Positions 14,140-27,054 of a stretch of DNA of 64,000 nt are shown piece after piece; the stretch's first letter is position 1; each line of letters starts with the position of its first letter. Under the pieces are notes generated by a model. The model was not told the origin of the DNA. It did no database searches and worked only from the letters and a program-made list of their open reading frames with translations. The translations under genes were made by a program, and so were the position numbers. Source of the DNA: Mobula hypostoma (taxonomy: Eukaryota); NCBI RefSeq assembly GCF_963921235.1, contig NC_086097.1:138262001-138326000 (forward strand). Reading direction: 5' to 3'.

Positions 14140-14520
14140 AATCATAGATTACTTGGCATGGAAACAGGTCCTTCAGACAACTCATCCATGTTGAGCAGGG
14201 TGCCTTTCTGAGCTGTTTGCGTACATTTGGTCTAACTCCATCCAAACCTTTCCATGAACCTGGACAAATGCATTTTAAACACTGTAATCGTATCTGCCTC
14301 CACCAGCTTCTCTGGCAGCTCATTTCACATATCCAACACCCTCTGTGTGAGATAATGCCACTCATGCTCTCTTTGAATCTTTTTTTCTTATGAAACCTAT
14401 GCCCTTTCGTTTTAGACTCCCTTACTTCTCTGCTGAATCCCGCCACTCCTCCACACTCACTTGCTCCTGGAACCAATCTGGTAAATCTACTCTGCACCTG
14501 ACATCCATGTTAAAATGCAA
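14140..14520 (-). mobile_element. CR1 LINE 3' fragment
   Basis: Minus ORF remnants VQSRFTRLVPG and ESKTKGHRF, plus a CR1-type 3' UTR. Confidence 0.7.
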
Positions 14521-14595
14521 TGCCCCTAAACAAGGAACAGTTCTCAAGCTGAGATCAAATTACAATCTGTCAATAATTGTTATAAAAATATTCAA

Positions 14596-16129
14596 AGATA
14601 CCTATAAAAAGTATTCACCCTCCCTTGGAAGTTTTCATGTTTTACTGTTTTACAATATTGAACCACAATAGATTTAATTTGGCTTTTTTGACACTAATCA
14701 ACAGAAAAAGGTTCTTTTATGTCAAAGTGAAAACAGATCTCTACTAAGTGGTCTAAATTAATTACAAATATAAAACACAAAATAGTTGATTGCATAAATA
14801 TTCACCCCCTTTTCATATGACATGCCACATCATCTCTGGTGCAACCAATTGGTTTTAGAAGTCACGTAATTGGTTAAATGGAGATCACCTGCAGCAGTCA
14901 AGGTGTTTCAATTTATTGTAGTAAAAATACACCTGTATCTGGAAGGTCCAACTGCTGGTGAGTCAGTATCCTGACAAAATCTACACCATGAAGACAAAAG
15001 AACACTCCTAGCAACTCCACAAAAAGATTATTGAAAAGCACAAGTCAGAAGATAGATACAAGAAAATTTCCAAGTCACTGAATATCCCTTGGAGAACAGT
15101 TAAGTCAATCATCAAGAAATAGAAACAATATGGTGCTGCTATAAATCTGCCTAGAGAAGGCCGTGCACAAAAACTGAGTGACTGTGCAGGAAGGGGACTA
15201 GTGAGGAAGGCCACCAAGAGACCTATAACAACTCTGGAGGAGTTACAAGCTTTAGAGTGACAAAGAGAAAGCCACTGTTGGGAAAAAAAACTCTCATGAA
15301 ATCTCAGCTAGAGTTTGCCAGAAGGCATATGGGAGACTCTGAAGTCAGCTGGAAGAATTATTACCTATGGTCTGATAAAACCAAAATTGAGCTTTTTGGC
15401 CATCAGACTAAATGCTACACCGCACATCATCAAAAACACACCATCCTTACCATGAAGCATGGTGATGGCTGCATCATGCTGTGGGGATGCTTCACTGCAG
15501 CAAGCCCTGGAAGGCTTGTGAAGGTAGAGGGTAAAATGAATGCAGCAAAATGCAAGGAAATCCTGGAGGAAAACCTGATGTAGTCTGCAGGAGAACTATG
15601 ACTTGGGAGAAGATTTGCTTTCCAATGAGACAATGATCCCAAGCATAAAGCCAAAGCTACACAGGAATGGCTTTAAAAACAACAGTCCTGGAGTGGCCAG
15701 GTCAGAGTCCAGACCTCAATTTAATTGAGAATTTGTGGCTGGGCTTGAAAAGGGCTGTACACTCATGATCCCCACATGCAATCTGAAAGAGCTTAAGCAG
15801 TTTTGTAAAGAAGAATGGGGAAAAATTGCAGCTTCCAGACGTGCAAAGCTGATAAGAGACCTATCCACACAGACTCAAGGCTGTAATCACTGCCAAAGGT
15901 GCAGCTACTAAATACTGATGTAACGAAGGGTGAATACTTGTGCAACCAATTATTTTGTGTTTTAAATTTGTAATTAATTTAGATTACTTTTCAGTGATCT
16001 GTTTTTACTTTGACACAAAGTAAAGATCTTTTCTGTTGATCAGTGTCAAAAAAGCCAGTGTGACTCTGTGTTGTAAAACAATAAAACGTGAAAACTTCCA
16101 AGGGGGTTGGATACTTTTTATAGACACTG
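14596..16129 (+). mobile_element. Near full-length inactive Tc1-family DNA transposon (long IR/DR-type inverted repeats)
   Basis: Terminal inverted repeats of roughly 200 bp (ctataaaaagtattcaccctcccttggaagttttca at 14602 versus its reverse complement ending ...tagacactg|TA at 16129). Disrupted transposase from ATG 14988 (MKTKEHS*...WSDKTKIELFG...KHGDGCIMLWGCF...DNDPKH...WPGQSPDLNLIENLW...KGAATKY*). Confidence 0.95.
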
Positions 16130-16599
16130 TATATATATTTTATTGAACTCCTGGCTCTGTGAAATACCAAAGGATTGCAGTTGTAGCAAGTTAAATGAGA
16201 GGCTATGTAGTATGCACACAGATCAAAAGTAGAGAAGTGTGAAAATTGATATTGCTAGATTTGGCAAGTCACATCAGACATGTGCAGTAAGAGGCCCAGA
16301 GAGTTTTATGTCCCATGTACCCATTGCAACTAAAGCTTGATTTGCATTGAGGGACTAGAGAGCCATGAAACTTGTTTGATCTTACTGAAGGTCATCCCGA
16401 GAGAAAATGTTTGCATACTGTTCTGTGACCGGTAGATTCAAGATTCAAATTTATTTGTCACAAGTAGATCAAAGCATAGTGAAATGTGATGTTTGTGTTA
16501 ACAACCAACACACCTGAGGATATCTGGGAGGCAACCCACAAAGTCCCCAAAGCCTCCACACCCTTACTGCAGTGGGGTGACTAATTGCACACAATATTT

Positions 16600-17870
16600 C
16601 AAACCAAAGTTTTATGAAGCTACAAATTGACTTCCAAACCTTTACACTCAAAGCTCCAATCAACTGTCCTTTACTGCTCTAGCTACTTCTGTTGCCACTT
16701 TCAGGGAGCCATTTCTCTATCAAAATCTTCTGCTGATCTTTATCCTGCTGCATACTGAGACAAATCCACGATATTTTTTGGGTAACCTGGAAATTTATCA
16801 GTCTACCTGCATTTTCATCCAGATCATTTACATACACTCAGTGACCACTTTATTATATACACCACTCGTTACTGCAAATATCTAATCAGTCAATCATGTG
16901 GCAGCAACTCAATGCATAAAAACATGCAGACATGGTCAAGGGGTTAGGTTGTTGTCAGATCAAACATCAAAATGGGCAAGAAATATGATCTAAGTGACTT
17001 TGAGCATGGAATGATTGTTGGTGCCAGACGGGGTGGTTTAAATATCTCAAAAACTGCTGATCTCCTGGGATTTTCAGGCAGAACAGTCTCTAGACTTTAT
17101 AGGGAATGGTGTGAAAAACAAAAAAAAACATCCAGTGAGCAGCAGTTCTGTGGACGAAAATGCCTTGTTAATGAGAAAGGCCAAAGAATGGACAGACTGG
17201 ATCAAGCTGACAGAAAGTCGACAGTAACTCAAATAACCACAGGTTACAACACATCAAACCTTTAAGTGGATAGGGTACTACAGCAGAGATCACACGGGGT
17301 TCCATTCCTGCACCTAATAAAGTGGCCACAGAGGGTGTATCACAAACAACAGGCTTCAATACTGATCCCTCTGGAACACTATTGGTCACAGACCTCCTCA
17401 ATCACTATCCTGCCTTCTATGATAAAACCAATTTTGTATCTTACTTACCAACTCACCATGGATCCCACATGACAACAACCATGAGGTGCCTTGTCAAATC
17501 CTTTACTAAAGTCCATGTAGACTACATCCACTGCCTCAATCATCTTCATCACTTGCTCAAAAACACTCAAATCAAATTTGTGAGATGTAACCTCCCCTGT
17601 AAGAAGCAATGCTGACTTGCGCTAGTAAGCTTACTCTATTACCAATGTGAGTATATCCTGTCTCGCAGAATCTTCTCCAGTAATTTCTCTATGCCTGATA
17701 TAAGGTTCACCAGTGTACAATTACCTAGCTTGTCCCTGTTACCCTTCCTAACAAGGGAATAATACTGACTGTTCTGTGGCTAAAGAAGATGCATAGATCT
17801 CTGTCAAGACCCAGCAATCTTCTGCCTTGCCTCCCTCAGTATCTTGGGATAGATTCCATCAGGATGAGGA
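16600..17870 (-). mobile_element. Old CR1 LINE fragment interrupted by the Tc1-like element at 16835-17337
   Basis: Minus-strand remnants VTNSVPEGSVL and a decayed DFSKAFDKVPH equivalent (gccttgtcaaatcctttactaaagtccatgtagac), similar to 4200-4520. Confidence 0.65.
16835..17337 (+). mobile_element. Internally deleted Tc1-like element (~500 bp)
   Basis: TA|cactcagtgaccactttatta ... taataaagtggccacagagggtg|TA inverted ends. ORF 16972-17265 (MGKKYDLSDFEHGMIVGARRGGLNISKTADLLGFSGRTVSRLYREW) is a Tc1 N-terminal HTH region. Confidence 0.88.
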
Positions 17871-17929
17871 AGAGCACACTGCATTAACATTGTGCCTGGG
17901 GGGAAAGGAGAAGACAATGAGATGCAAGA

Positions 17930-20020
17930 GCACCTATGAGGTTAGCGTAGGTGAGTGCTTTAGCACCATGATCAACGTGACAGTGCACCCTGACACCTTC
18001 CTGATCATCGCATGGGACTATGACCAGGCCAGCTTAAAATCTTCTCTGACAAACTACTATCAATGTGGCACCTGTGGAAACAGAGGTGCCAACACATTCA
18101 ATCATCGGTACATCACTGCTTACTGTGCCAACCACACTTTGGTAAGTCCAATCACCTGCTGTATTTCCACTCCAGGTAAAACAGACAGAGACTGAAGACC
18201 ACAGCACCAGTGGTGAGCACCATGAAGGTATGGTCAAGGGAGAGAAGAAGAGTGCTTCAGGGACTGTGGTTAAACGATGGACTGGATCATATTCCGAGAT
18301 TCATCTTTGGATCTGAATTAATAAGCCAGGGCCGTCACAGTCTTCAAGACCTGCAAGGATGAGTGTATGCCATCAACTACCTACCAAGTTTTCCCAAATT
18401 AGAAGCCTTGGATGAACCAGGAAGTTCATAATCTGCTGAGGGCTAGATCTGTGGCGCTCAAGACCAGCGATCCAGGATCCTACAAGAAGTCAAGGTATGA
18501 TCTACGGAAGCACATTGAAAGAGCGAAGAGGCAATTCCGTGTGAAATTTGAGGCGCTAGTGGATGCACGACAGCTGTGGCGGGGTTGCATGTCATTGCTC
18601 CTTATAACATGAAACCTAACAGCATAAACAGCGCTGATGCTTCACTCCTTGATTATGCTCAGTGCCTCTTAAATGTGATTTTAAAAGGAGAGTAACATGG
18701 CAGCTGTGTGAACCCCCACAGCATCTGGTGACACAGTGATCTCTATCTCAAAGGCCGATGTCAGAAAACCCTCCCAAAGTATAAGGCCCCGACAGTGAAC
18801 CTGCTGGTCAATTACTGAAAATCTTTACCGACCAGCTGGCTGGAGTGTTCAAAGTCATCTTCAACCTCTCACAGTTGCATTCTGAGGTTCCCTAGTGCTT
18901 CAGAAGGGAAGCAATCATACCAGTGCCCAAAAGAGAAGCGCGAGTTGCCACTGTAATGACGTGCTTCAAGGGGTCGAATTAACTCCTGCCTGAGCAAGGA
19001 CCTGGACCCGCTGTATTTTACCACTGCAATAAGCTTACAGCAGATGCAATCTCACTGACTCTCCACTCTGCTTTGGAGCACCTAGACAATAGCAAAGCAT
19101 ATATCAAGCTGCTATTAATTGTCTACAGCTTAGCATTCAATACCATCATCCCCTCAGAATTAATTTCAACCATCGGAATCTAGGCTTTTGTACCTCCTAA
19201 TGCAAATGTATCTTTGACTTCCTCATCAGGAGAACACAGTCAGTATGGATTGATAACATCTCCTCACTGACAATCAAAACAGGTGCATCTAAAGAATGTA
19301 TGCTTAGCCCACTGCTCTACTCCCACTATACTCATGACTATATAGCTAAATACAGATCAAACACCATTTCTAATTTCACAGATGACACCGCTAATGTTGG
19401 TAAAATCTCAGGTGGTGACAAGGAGGTATTCAGGAGAGAGACAGATTAGCTGGGTGAATGGTGTTGCAACAACAACTTCATGCTCAATGTCAACAAGAGC
19501 AAAAAATTGATTGGAATTGCAGGAAGGGGCAATTGGAAGTACATGCACCAGTCCTCAAAGAGGGATTAGTGATTGTAAGGGTGAGCAGCTTTAAGTTCCT
19601 AGCTGTCAAAATCTTTGATGATCTGATGTGCAATGTAATCATGAGGAAGGCATGCCAGTGGCTCTAGTTCAATTGGAGTTTGAGGAGAGTTGATACATTA
19701 TCAAATACTCTTGCAAACTTCTATAATTGGATTGGTTGCATCACAGCCTAGTATAGAGCCTCCGATGCACAGGTTTGCAGAATACTGCAGCCTGTTCCAT
19801 CATGGGCATATTATTCCTCACCAATGAGGATATCTAAAAGAGGTGGTGTCTCAAGAAGGCAGCATCTATTATTAAGGAACTTAACACCAAGGACATGCCC
19901 TCTTCTGAGGGAGGGGATACCGGAGCCTGAAGAACCACACTCAATAATTCGGGAACAACTTCTTCCCTTCCATGATCAGATTTCTGAACAGTCCATGAAC
20001 CATGAAGATTACCTCATTAT
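17930..20020 (+). mobile_element. Degenerate Rex1/Babar-type LINE (endonuclease tail, RT and C-terminal region)
   Basis: Remnants HPDTFLIIAWDY, KPWMNQEVHNLLRARSVA...KSRYDLRK, TADAISLTLHSALEHLD, AFNTIIP, LSPLLYSHYTHD, FTDDT and VSSFKFL, with many stops and frameshifts. Confidence 0.85.
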
Positions 20021-20024
20021 TCTG

Positions 20025-20530
20025 TTTATATGTGTAGTGTATTTAATATTTCAGTAATATTTGAGTAATATTGTAAATATATTATTTGATTAAGCATCCT
20101 TTGTTGTTTATATAATTCATTACAGGTTTTACATACGAATGAAGTACAAGTAGTGTTGCGTGAACCTGAAGCAGGAACACTTAGAACAGAATCCAAAACC
20201 ATCCTTGATTGCAGAACCCTTTAGGTTTCATAAGTGGAATCAAAAATAAGCAGATTCCATTTCAGCATATGCAGATAAATTGAAGAAATTGTCTGAGCAT
20301 TTCTCTGACATTAAATGTACCTATTGTCTTTTCAGTGATGGGATTAATGATGCACTGAGAGATTGCTTAGTGTGTGAAATCTTACAAGAAAGCATTCAAA
20401 AACGGCTCCTAACTGAAGCACAACTTACATTTAAAAGAACAGTTGAAATCACTGCATCAATGGAAACAGTAGCCAGGGACACAATTGAGTTGCACTCAGG
20501 AATTGAAGTGTAAACAAAATTCAAAATATT
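20025..20530 (+). mobile_element. Ty3/Gypsy LTR-retrotransposon remnant (putative LTR piece plus gag fragment)
   Basis: KPSLIAEPFRFHKWNQK...LKKLSEH...NDALRDCLVCEILQESIQKRLLTEAQLTFKRTVEITASME matches the gag pattern of vertebrate Gypsy elements. It is preceded by an AT-rich tgtagtgtatttaatatttcag segment. Confidence 0.75.
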
Positions 20531-21316
20531 TGGTAAAAATAACCCAGGCAAATGAAGGCTTTTATTAGAACTGCTATTCTCTGGTATACTTGAAACACAC
20601 AGGGACAATCAGTTCTGAAAGTAAAACTGAGTATTTAGTAGTTAAGTGATAAGTCTATGAAGCTTTCCTATGAAACAGCCCTTCACGAATGATAAAAGAC
20701 TGAACCAAAAAGTTTTGGGGTTTGTAAATAATATTATGAAATGCATGTGAACAAAACAAAGGGAAAAATGAAACAAAAGTACATGGCAAGGCAAATGCAC
20801 TCATCAATGAACCTTTGGAAGATCAGCCTGGCCTTGGAACCCACCTTTGAACTCTGCAAAGTCATTTCAATATGTAAATACTTCACTTGCCACTTCTAAA
20901 GGGCTTACTAGTGGGCCAATTCATCTACCAAGCATGCAGAACCTCAAGCTTTCTACAATTCTGTAATCAACACACGGTCCAACGATAGTCAACCCACACA
21001 CTGTCAGAACCCTGGACTGCTAATTTCCTACTAGTACTTCTGCATTCCATTTTGGAGACCTTAAGAATATGCAAACCTCCTTCTTAGCATTTTACAAGAG
21101 TGGAATGCCTCAACAGCTCCTAATAAGATTCTCAGAGACACTAGGTAAACCAAAGACAAAGTTGTATTCTATTTCAAATGATCAGCCATCTAGCAGTGAA
21201 CTTTTGCATAGCACACCATGTCCAATGTTTTAAATTCTGACTACCTGATTTGTCTCCATCCCAACTAAGGTCCAAGTGAGCTTTAAAGTGGAAAAGCCAT
21301 TTGCATTCTTACTCAC

Positions 21317-21421
21317 CTGGTAAGCCTTGTTGATCTGCATTGCTGCCCAAGCAGCATACCTCAAGTTGTCCTTTTTGATTTTAGCATTTGCTTTAGGATT
21401 AGATGCAATGTGACTTGCAGA
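21317..21421 (-). CDS. EMC2: EMC2 internal coding exon (105 nt; probably exon 10, penultimate)
   Basis: cttgtag|TCTGCAAGT...TACCAG|gtgagt gives [35 protein letters not shown]. Confidence 0.96.
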
Positions 21422-21499
21422 CTACAAGGGAAAATTAAAAAACTGTTTCAGCTTCTTCCTGCATTAGTTGCATATTCTGCAAAGGAAATTACATTTAGC

Positions 21500-22010
21500 T
21501 ATATCACTGGTCTGACCACCAGTGGCAGCACCCAGTTCTTTGCACTATAATTTCAGGAAGATGTCAAGACTTTGGAAGGGGTCCAGAAAAGATTTGCAAT
21601 AGTAGTCCAGGAATGAGGGACTTTAATTCTGTAGATAGGCTGAAGAAGCTGTGATTGTTCTCCTTGAATAAGAAAGATTGTAAGACAATCAGATATTTAA
21701 AATCAAAGGTACAAAAAAAGAAAGTGGACTGGTGTGGGGGTCAGGAACTTGAAGACGTGGAATGGAGGTAACTAGCAGCACAACCAATGACAGCATGAAG
21801 AAAAATGGTTTTAATGGTCTGGAATGCATAGCCGGGGTGCAGTGGATGCAGATACAATTGATGCAGTCAGCAAGAGGTGGAAGAACTTGAAGATCTGAGG
21901 GGAGAGAGTAAGAAATGCTCTTATATTGTACACGTAAGAATTTGACAAGTAAATGGCCTCTTTCCCAGCTTGAACCATACTGTGGTAACCCATAATTATG
22001 AGTCAAGAGT
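21500..22010 (+). mobile_element. Old CR1 LINE 3' fragment
   Basis: Decayed RKMSRLWKGSRKD/LEGVQKRF and DRLKKL*LFSLNKK-type motifs. Confidence 0.6.
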
Positions 22011-22179
22011 GCACTTTGGTGCATTATGAATAGCTCCATGTATATATTGCCATAGCGCAACTGGACCTTCCACTGCCCAGACCACAGAAATAACACAAAC
22101 TGGTAAAAGCAGGAACTTAGTTCACTCAAAGACCATGAATCAAGATATATTTCAAAGTCTCCTAACATGAGCTAGTTGT

Positions 22180-22740
22180 TAACCACAAGAGATTCTACAG
22201 ATGCTGGAAACCTTGAGCAACACTCAAACATGCAGGAGGAACTCGGTGGGTTAGCCAGCATCTATGGAGAGAATAAACAATGTTTCGGGCCAAGTCCCTT
22301 CACTAAGACTGGAAAGGAAGGGGGCAGGATTCAGAATACAATGTTGGAGGAGGGAATGGGGCACAAGCTGGCAGGTAATTGGTGAGACTAGGTGAGCATA
22401 AAGGTGTGTGGGTATGGTGGGGGAATGAAATAAGAAGCTGGGAAGGGATAGGTGGAAAAGGTAAAGGGCTGAAGAAGGAATCTAATAGGAGAGGACAGTA
22501 AATCATAGAAGAAAGGGAAGGAAAGTGGAACTGGAGAAAGGTGATGGGCAGGTGAAGAGAAGAGGAGGGGTGAGGGCAACCCAGAAATTAGAGGAATTTA
22601 TGTACATGCCATCAGGTTGAAAGCTATCCAAAAAGAATATGAGTGTTGTTCCTCCAACCTGAGTATGAACTCATGAAGGAAGCGCAGGAGGGCATGGACA
22701 ATCATGTCAAAATGGGAATGGGAAGTTCAATTGAAAGGGA
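22180..22740 (-). mobile_element. Penelope-like element 3' portion with terminal repeat
   Basis: cacaagagattctacagatgctgg...gaggaactc...gtttcgggccaagtcccttcactaagact, then a purine-rich spacer and the GIY-YIG end (LRLEEQH...QPDGM on the minus strand). Confidence 0.8.
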
Positions 22741-23117
22741 AGATTTAAGTGTAGTGTTCAAATGTGAAGCATTTTGATTTAGAAGATGGGAATTAACCGT
22801 TTCCACTGGTGACACATCAGTCACCAGATGGCACAGCTTCAGCTGCATTTGCTTAACACTGCAAGCTGTGATCTGGCATGTGCTACCTGCAGGGATAATG
22901 GAAGCAGTTCCAACAGGAACTTCCACAAGATAAATGGATGAAGAGGAAAAGTTGGACGGCTTTGGGGAAGAACAGGACGAATCAGATCTCTAGGTAGGAT
23001 GGATAGAGACTTCTGTGCTGTATATTGAAGATATTGTTACAAATGAAAAACAACCTAATTTTTTAAGACATTATATGACTTCAGCTGTGATGATTCCCTT
23101 AATGAGCTTCAACTTAC

Positions 23118-23228
23118 CATGTACAGCCCAAATAAGGCCCGCATGTTTCTGTTGTTTAGTTTCAGTGCTTGGGAAAAGTATTTGCGAGAGATTTCCAGGT
23201 TTTCAAATCCACCTTGAGTGTATTTCAC
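23118..23228 (-). CDS. EMC2: EMC2 internal coding exon (111 nt; probably exon 9)
   Basis: ctgcag|GTGAAATAC...TACATG|gtaagt gives [37 protein letters not shown]. Confidence 0.97.
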
Positions 23229-24415
23229 CTGCAGAAAATGGAAATTTATAACAAGGAGCGCAGAGTGGGATTTCAATCAATACAGTGTAAAACCACACAC
23301 TGTGCAATCAGACTGAAACTAGTTCCTAATCATCAACTCAATGTCTTCTAAAGCATGTACTAAAAAAAAGTGTTGGGATTTCATAGACTCAGCATTACAC
23401 AGGGCATTGGCCAATGCTAGATACAGTAATAATACTCCTCTCAATCCCCTATCTCATCTCTGTTCTTTCAATGCTTTCTCTCCCATGTGGTTAGCTTGTC
23501 CTAAACTACGGCTGGTTTAATGTCTCACCTTCAGTCTGGGGCTGAAATACCATGCTAGGACTTCTCCGTTACTTGTACTGGTGATTCCCCAATCAGAAAA
23601 GTAAAGCATCATACTGATAGCACTTTATTTTACTATTTTTGTGTACCTAGACACAGCAACAAGCATTTTCTTCCTTGTCTACTTGTTCTTTGGCAAATGT
23701 GTACTGAAGGCGTAACCTTACATAGGCATTGTTTGTCACACAACAGTTTCACATGTAGATTGTGGATATCCAAATTAATCCCATTAAAAATAGCACACAA
23801 ACAACTCCCCTGCCCCAAGTCCCAGAAGATTTTAGCTGTGTTCTCTACTTCTTAAGGGCCATAATTGGAGGTGAGCATCAGATCAAACATGGGTATTTTC
23901 GTTCTGTGAAAATCGAAGATTACTACAAGCTGCATACAGGAGTGCATTCAATCCTTCTAAACTCAACAGTTATTCTCTCTCTAATACACATCACCACAAA
24001 CACAAGTGCACTGAGAGGCTAGGGTATTGGTTGTCCCCACACATGAGAAAGAATGCCAAGGACTGAAGATTTACCAGAAAGATTCCAAAGACAAGGTTAG
24101 ACTGAAGCTCTGAGCATTTTTCTCCTTGAGGAACACAAGGTTGAAAATACATGATAGAGATGCAGAACATTACAATGAAATGGGAGAAAATATATAATTT
24201 AATGATAGATCAAATTTTTAATAACCTGCAGATGCTGCAAATCTGAAATAAAAACAGTGGTGGAAACATTGAACAGATTAGGCAGTGTCCTTTGAAGAGA
24301 AACAATGTTAAAGTTTCCGGTGGATGCCCTTTCATCAGAACTAGGAAAACAAAAAAAAAATGCAAGCATGTTTTAAGTTGCAGACTGGGGAGAAACAGAA
24401 CAAACGAATGGCTAA

Positions 24416-25443
24416 GGGTACATCCACACTACGCCGGATAATTTTGAAAACGAAGCTTTTTCTCTTCGTTTTGACTTTCTGGCCACATTGAAACGGCGTT
24501 TTCATCCCCCGAAAACGGAGATTTTCAGAAACGATCTCCAGAGTGAATAAATCTGAAAGCGCCTAATATCCATTGTAGTGTGTACGGGGTAACCGGAGAG
24601 ATTTAAAAATGCTGTCATGACAACACCACAACAACAATGCTTTTTCTGCTTCTGCTTGGTACTACGCAAGCTGTTATAATGCACAGTCGGTGTGAATGGC
24701 GTGAGAGTTAAATTGTAAAGTGAGTTTTTTTGACTATTTTAAAACGCTGTCATGATGTGCCGGAACAGATAGCCGCAGCGTGGCATTTCGTTGTTTTCTT
24801 GAATGCAACCACCTAACAATTTCAGAACAGACGGCAACGAGACTGAAGCCAGAAGGGTTAGAAATGTACTCACCAAATACTTTGACCCATAGCTTACTGA
24901 ATAAATACGTACACTCACTTTGCCCTATTTTCTGTCCTTGCTTGTATGAAGATGGTTCACCTACTTATGCAAGTACTTCTCTGACAATAGATGTGTATCA
25001 CCCTAATGTAACATTGTATGGAAATACAAGATAACACTGATGCAGACGTTTTATACATTTAACAAGGTGCTTAATTAATGCAACAGAGTTAGTCAGTTTT
25101 TCAATGTTCGTCGTCAGCTGGGTCATACTGTCCGTGAACTCCCTGTCGGTTGCCTCCATACGCTCCAGTATGTTTTTTTTTAGTTTTAAGTCCTCCTGCG
25201 CGAGAGCCAAGAGCAAGTCCTTTTAAGTTTTTCTACTCTGTAACTGGACGAACGCCCACCATGTATACCGTTTCCCCTTCTCTTGTTTTCTGTATGTCCT
25301 GCACATGCCCAGTAGGAGGAGATTCGCCCAACTATCCATCTAATGTGGACGGAGATATTTTGAAAAACGCTTAGTGTGGACGCCTGTCGTTTTTACTCGA
25401 AACCAGCGTTTTCAAAATTATCCGGCGTAGTGTGGATGTAGTC
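24416..25443. mobile_element. Non-autonomous PIF/Harbinger DNA transposon with TAA target-site duplication
   Basis: TAA|gggtacatccacactacgccggataattttgaaaacg ... cgttttcaaaattatccggcgtagtgtggatgtagtc|TAA: near-perfect 37-bp inverted repeats and a 3-bp TAA duplication. CpG-rich, so probably young. Confidence 0.92.
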
Positions 25444-26084
25444 TAAGATAGGCAGGAGATATTGTAGCTGGTGCCATCTGAGAGGGGGTGATGACTACTT
25501 GTTAATTGCAACTGATTTGTTGATAGGAAATGTAGAGGGAGTGCGAGAAAAACAAGGGTGCATCTGCCCTCTCCAACCCAGAGATTAACACATTCTGAGA
25601 AGTGAATTCAGTGTACTAAACTGAAAGAAGTGCAAATGAACCGTCGCTTCACCTGGAAGGAATGTTTGGCTTCCAGGATGTGAGTACAATTGAGATAAAA
25701 GCATAGGTGCATCTCCCATGATTACATGTAATAATGCCACGAGTAGAGATAAGGGGATTGGTAGAAATTGGGGTTAACATATGAATTTTAACGGGCAAAA
25801 GACACAGCACCTGTGAAGATGGTGAAGAAAGAATATTAATTTTCATTCAGTGCTTGGTTTATTCAAAAATTCACAGCATGACCTGGAAGTTACAAGTGTG
25901 GTACAAATTCAATCAAAGCTTTCACGGGGAAACTTGATAACTACGAGGAAATATGATTAACCAATTTTCGGGAGAAACTTATCTGGATGAGTTAAATAAA
26001 TACTGTAACAGAACTGAAGTTGAATAATCTGTCACCCTACAGCCTTCTCACAATCTATAAGACAGTTCAGGAACCTGACTGAAC

Positions 26085-26500
26085 AGTCTTGCCTGAATGA
26101 ATGCAGCTCCAACAACACTCAAGAAGGTCAACACCAGTGAAGATAAAGCAGCCCACCTGCCTCTGAACCTAAACCCTGAACATCCATTCCCTTCACCACT
26201 AGCTCACTGTGAATCTTGTGTGTTACAACTATAAAGAGCAGTGCAGTAACTTGCCAAGGATTCTTTGGCAGTACCTGCTAACAGCACAAGCCTATCACTT
26301 AAAGGTCAAGAGCAGAGGACACATGGCAATGCTGTCATCAGCAAGCTTCCCAATGAGTCACATTGGGCCAAGTTCCAAAAGTGCCATCATCATGAGGTCT
26401 CCAGTGGTTGAAGAAGACAGCTCACCACAATCTTTTCAATAGCAGTTAATAAGTGGGGATTAAAAGTTGTCCTTACCAGCCAGGCTCACAACCCCAGAGA
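26085..26500 (+). mobile_element. Ancient LINE (CR1/L2 group) 3' end
   Basis: gcagctccaacaacactcaagaag...aaagcagccc...gttgaagaagacagctcaccac resembles a chondrichthyan LINE 3' end as recalled; highly diverged. Confidence 0.5.
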
Positions 26501-27054
26501 AAATTAGAAGTAGGATATGTCAAATAGGAGGCATAAAAGCAACCTGATAATTTTGAATCATAAATTCAGCAGCATTAAACAGAACCCAGAAGGGTCACCC
26601 AAAGCCATGGGTATTTCAATGCTGACTAAGGTTCCTGTAATACCGGAAGCAGGCATGTAGCTCAAAAATGGTTGGACTGATACCTCCAAGAACTACACCA
26701 TTGCTCTTGCTCCCATTTGTTTCTGCGAAGAACCACAATTAAATTTTTCAAGCATTTAGCCAATTCCCTTTGTAACTTATGATTAAATCTGCTTCAGCTC
26801 CCTTTTCAGGCAGCATAACCAAGATCACAATTCTCTTCATTATTTACGGTGCCCCAAGATCTTTACTGGATAAAATGAAATCTACCTCCTACAGTTGCTG
26901 ACCTTTATGCCACCAGGAACAATTTTCCTTCAATAAATAATTCATCATTTTGAACTGTTCTATCATATATCCTCTTGGCCAGCTCAGATCTGAGGTGAAC
27001 AAATTCCAGTTTTCTACACAAGGATCATTTAGATAAATATATACACAGCATCTA

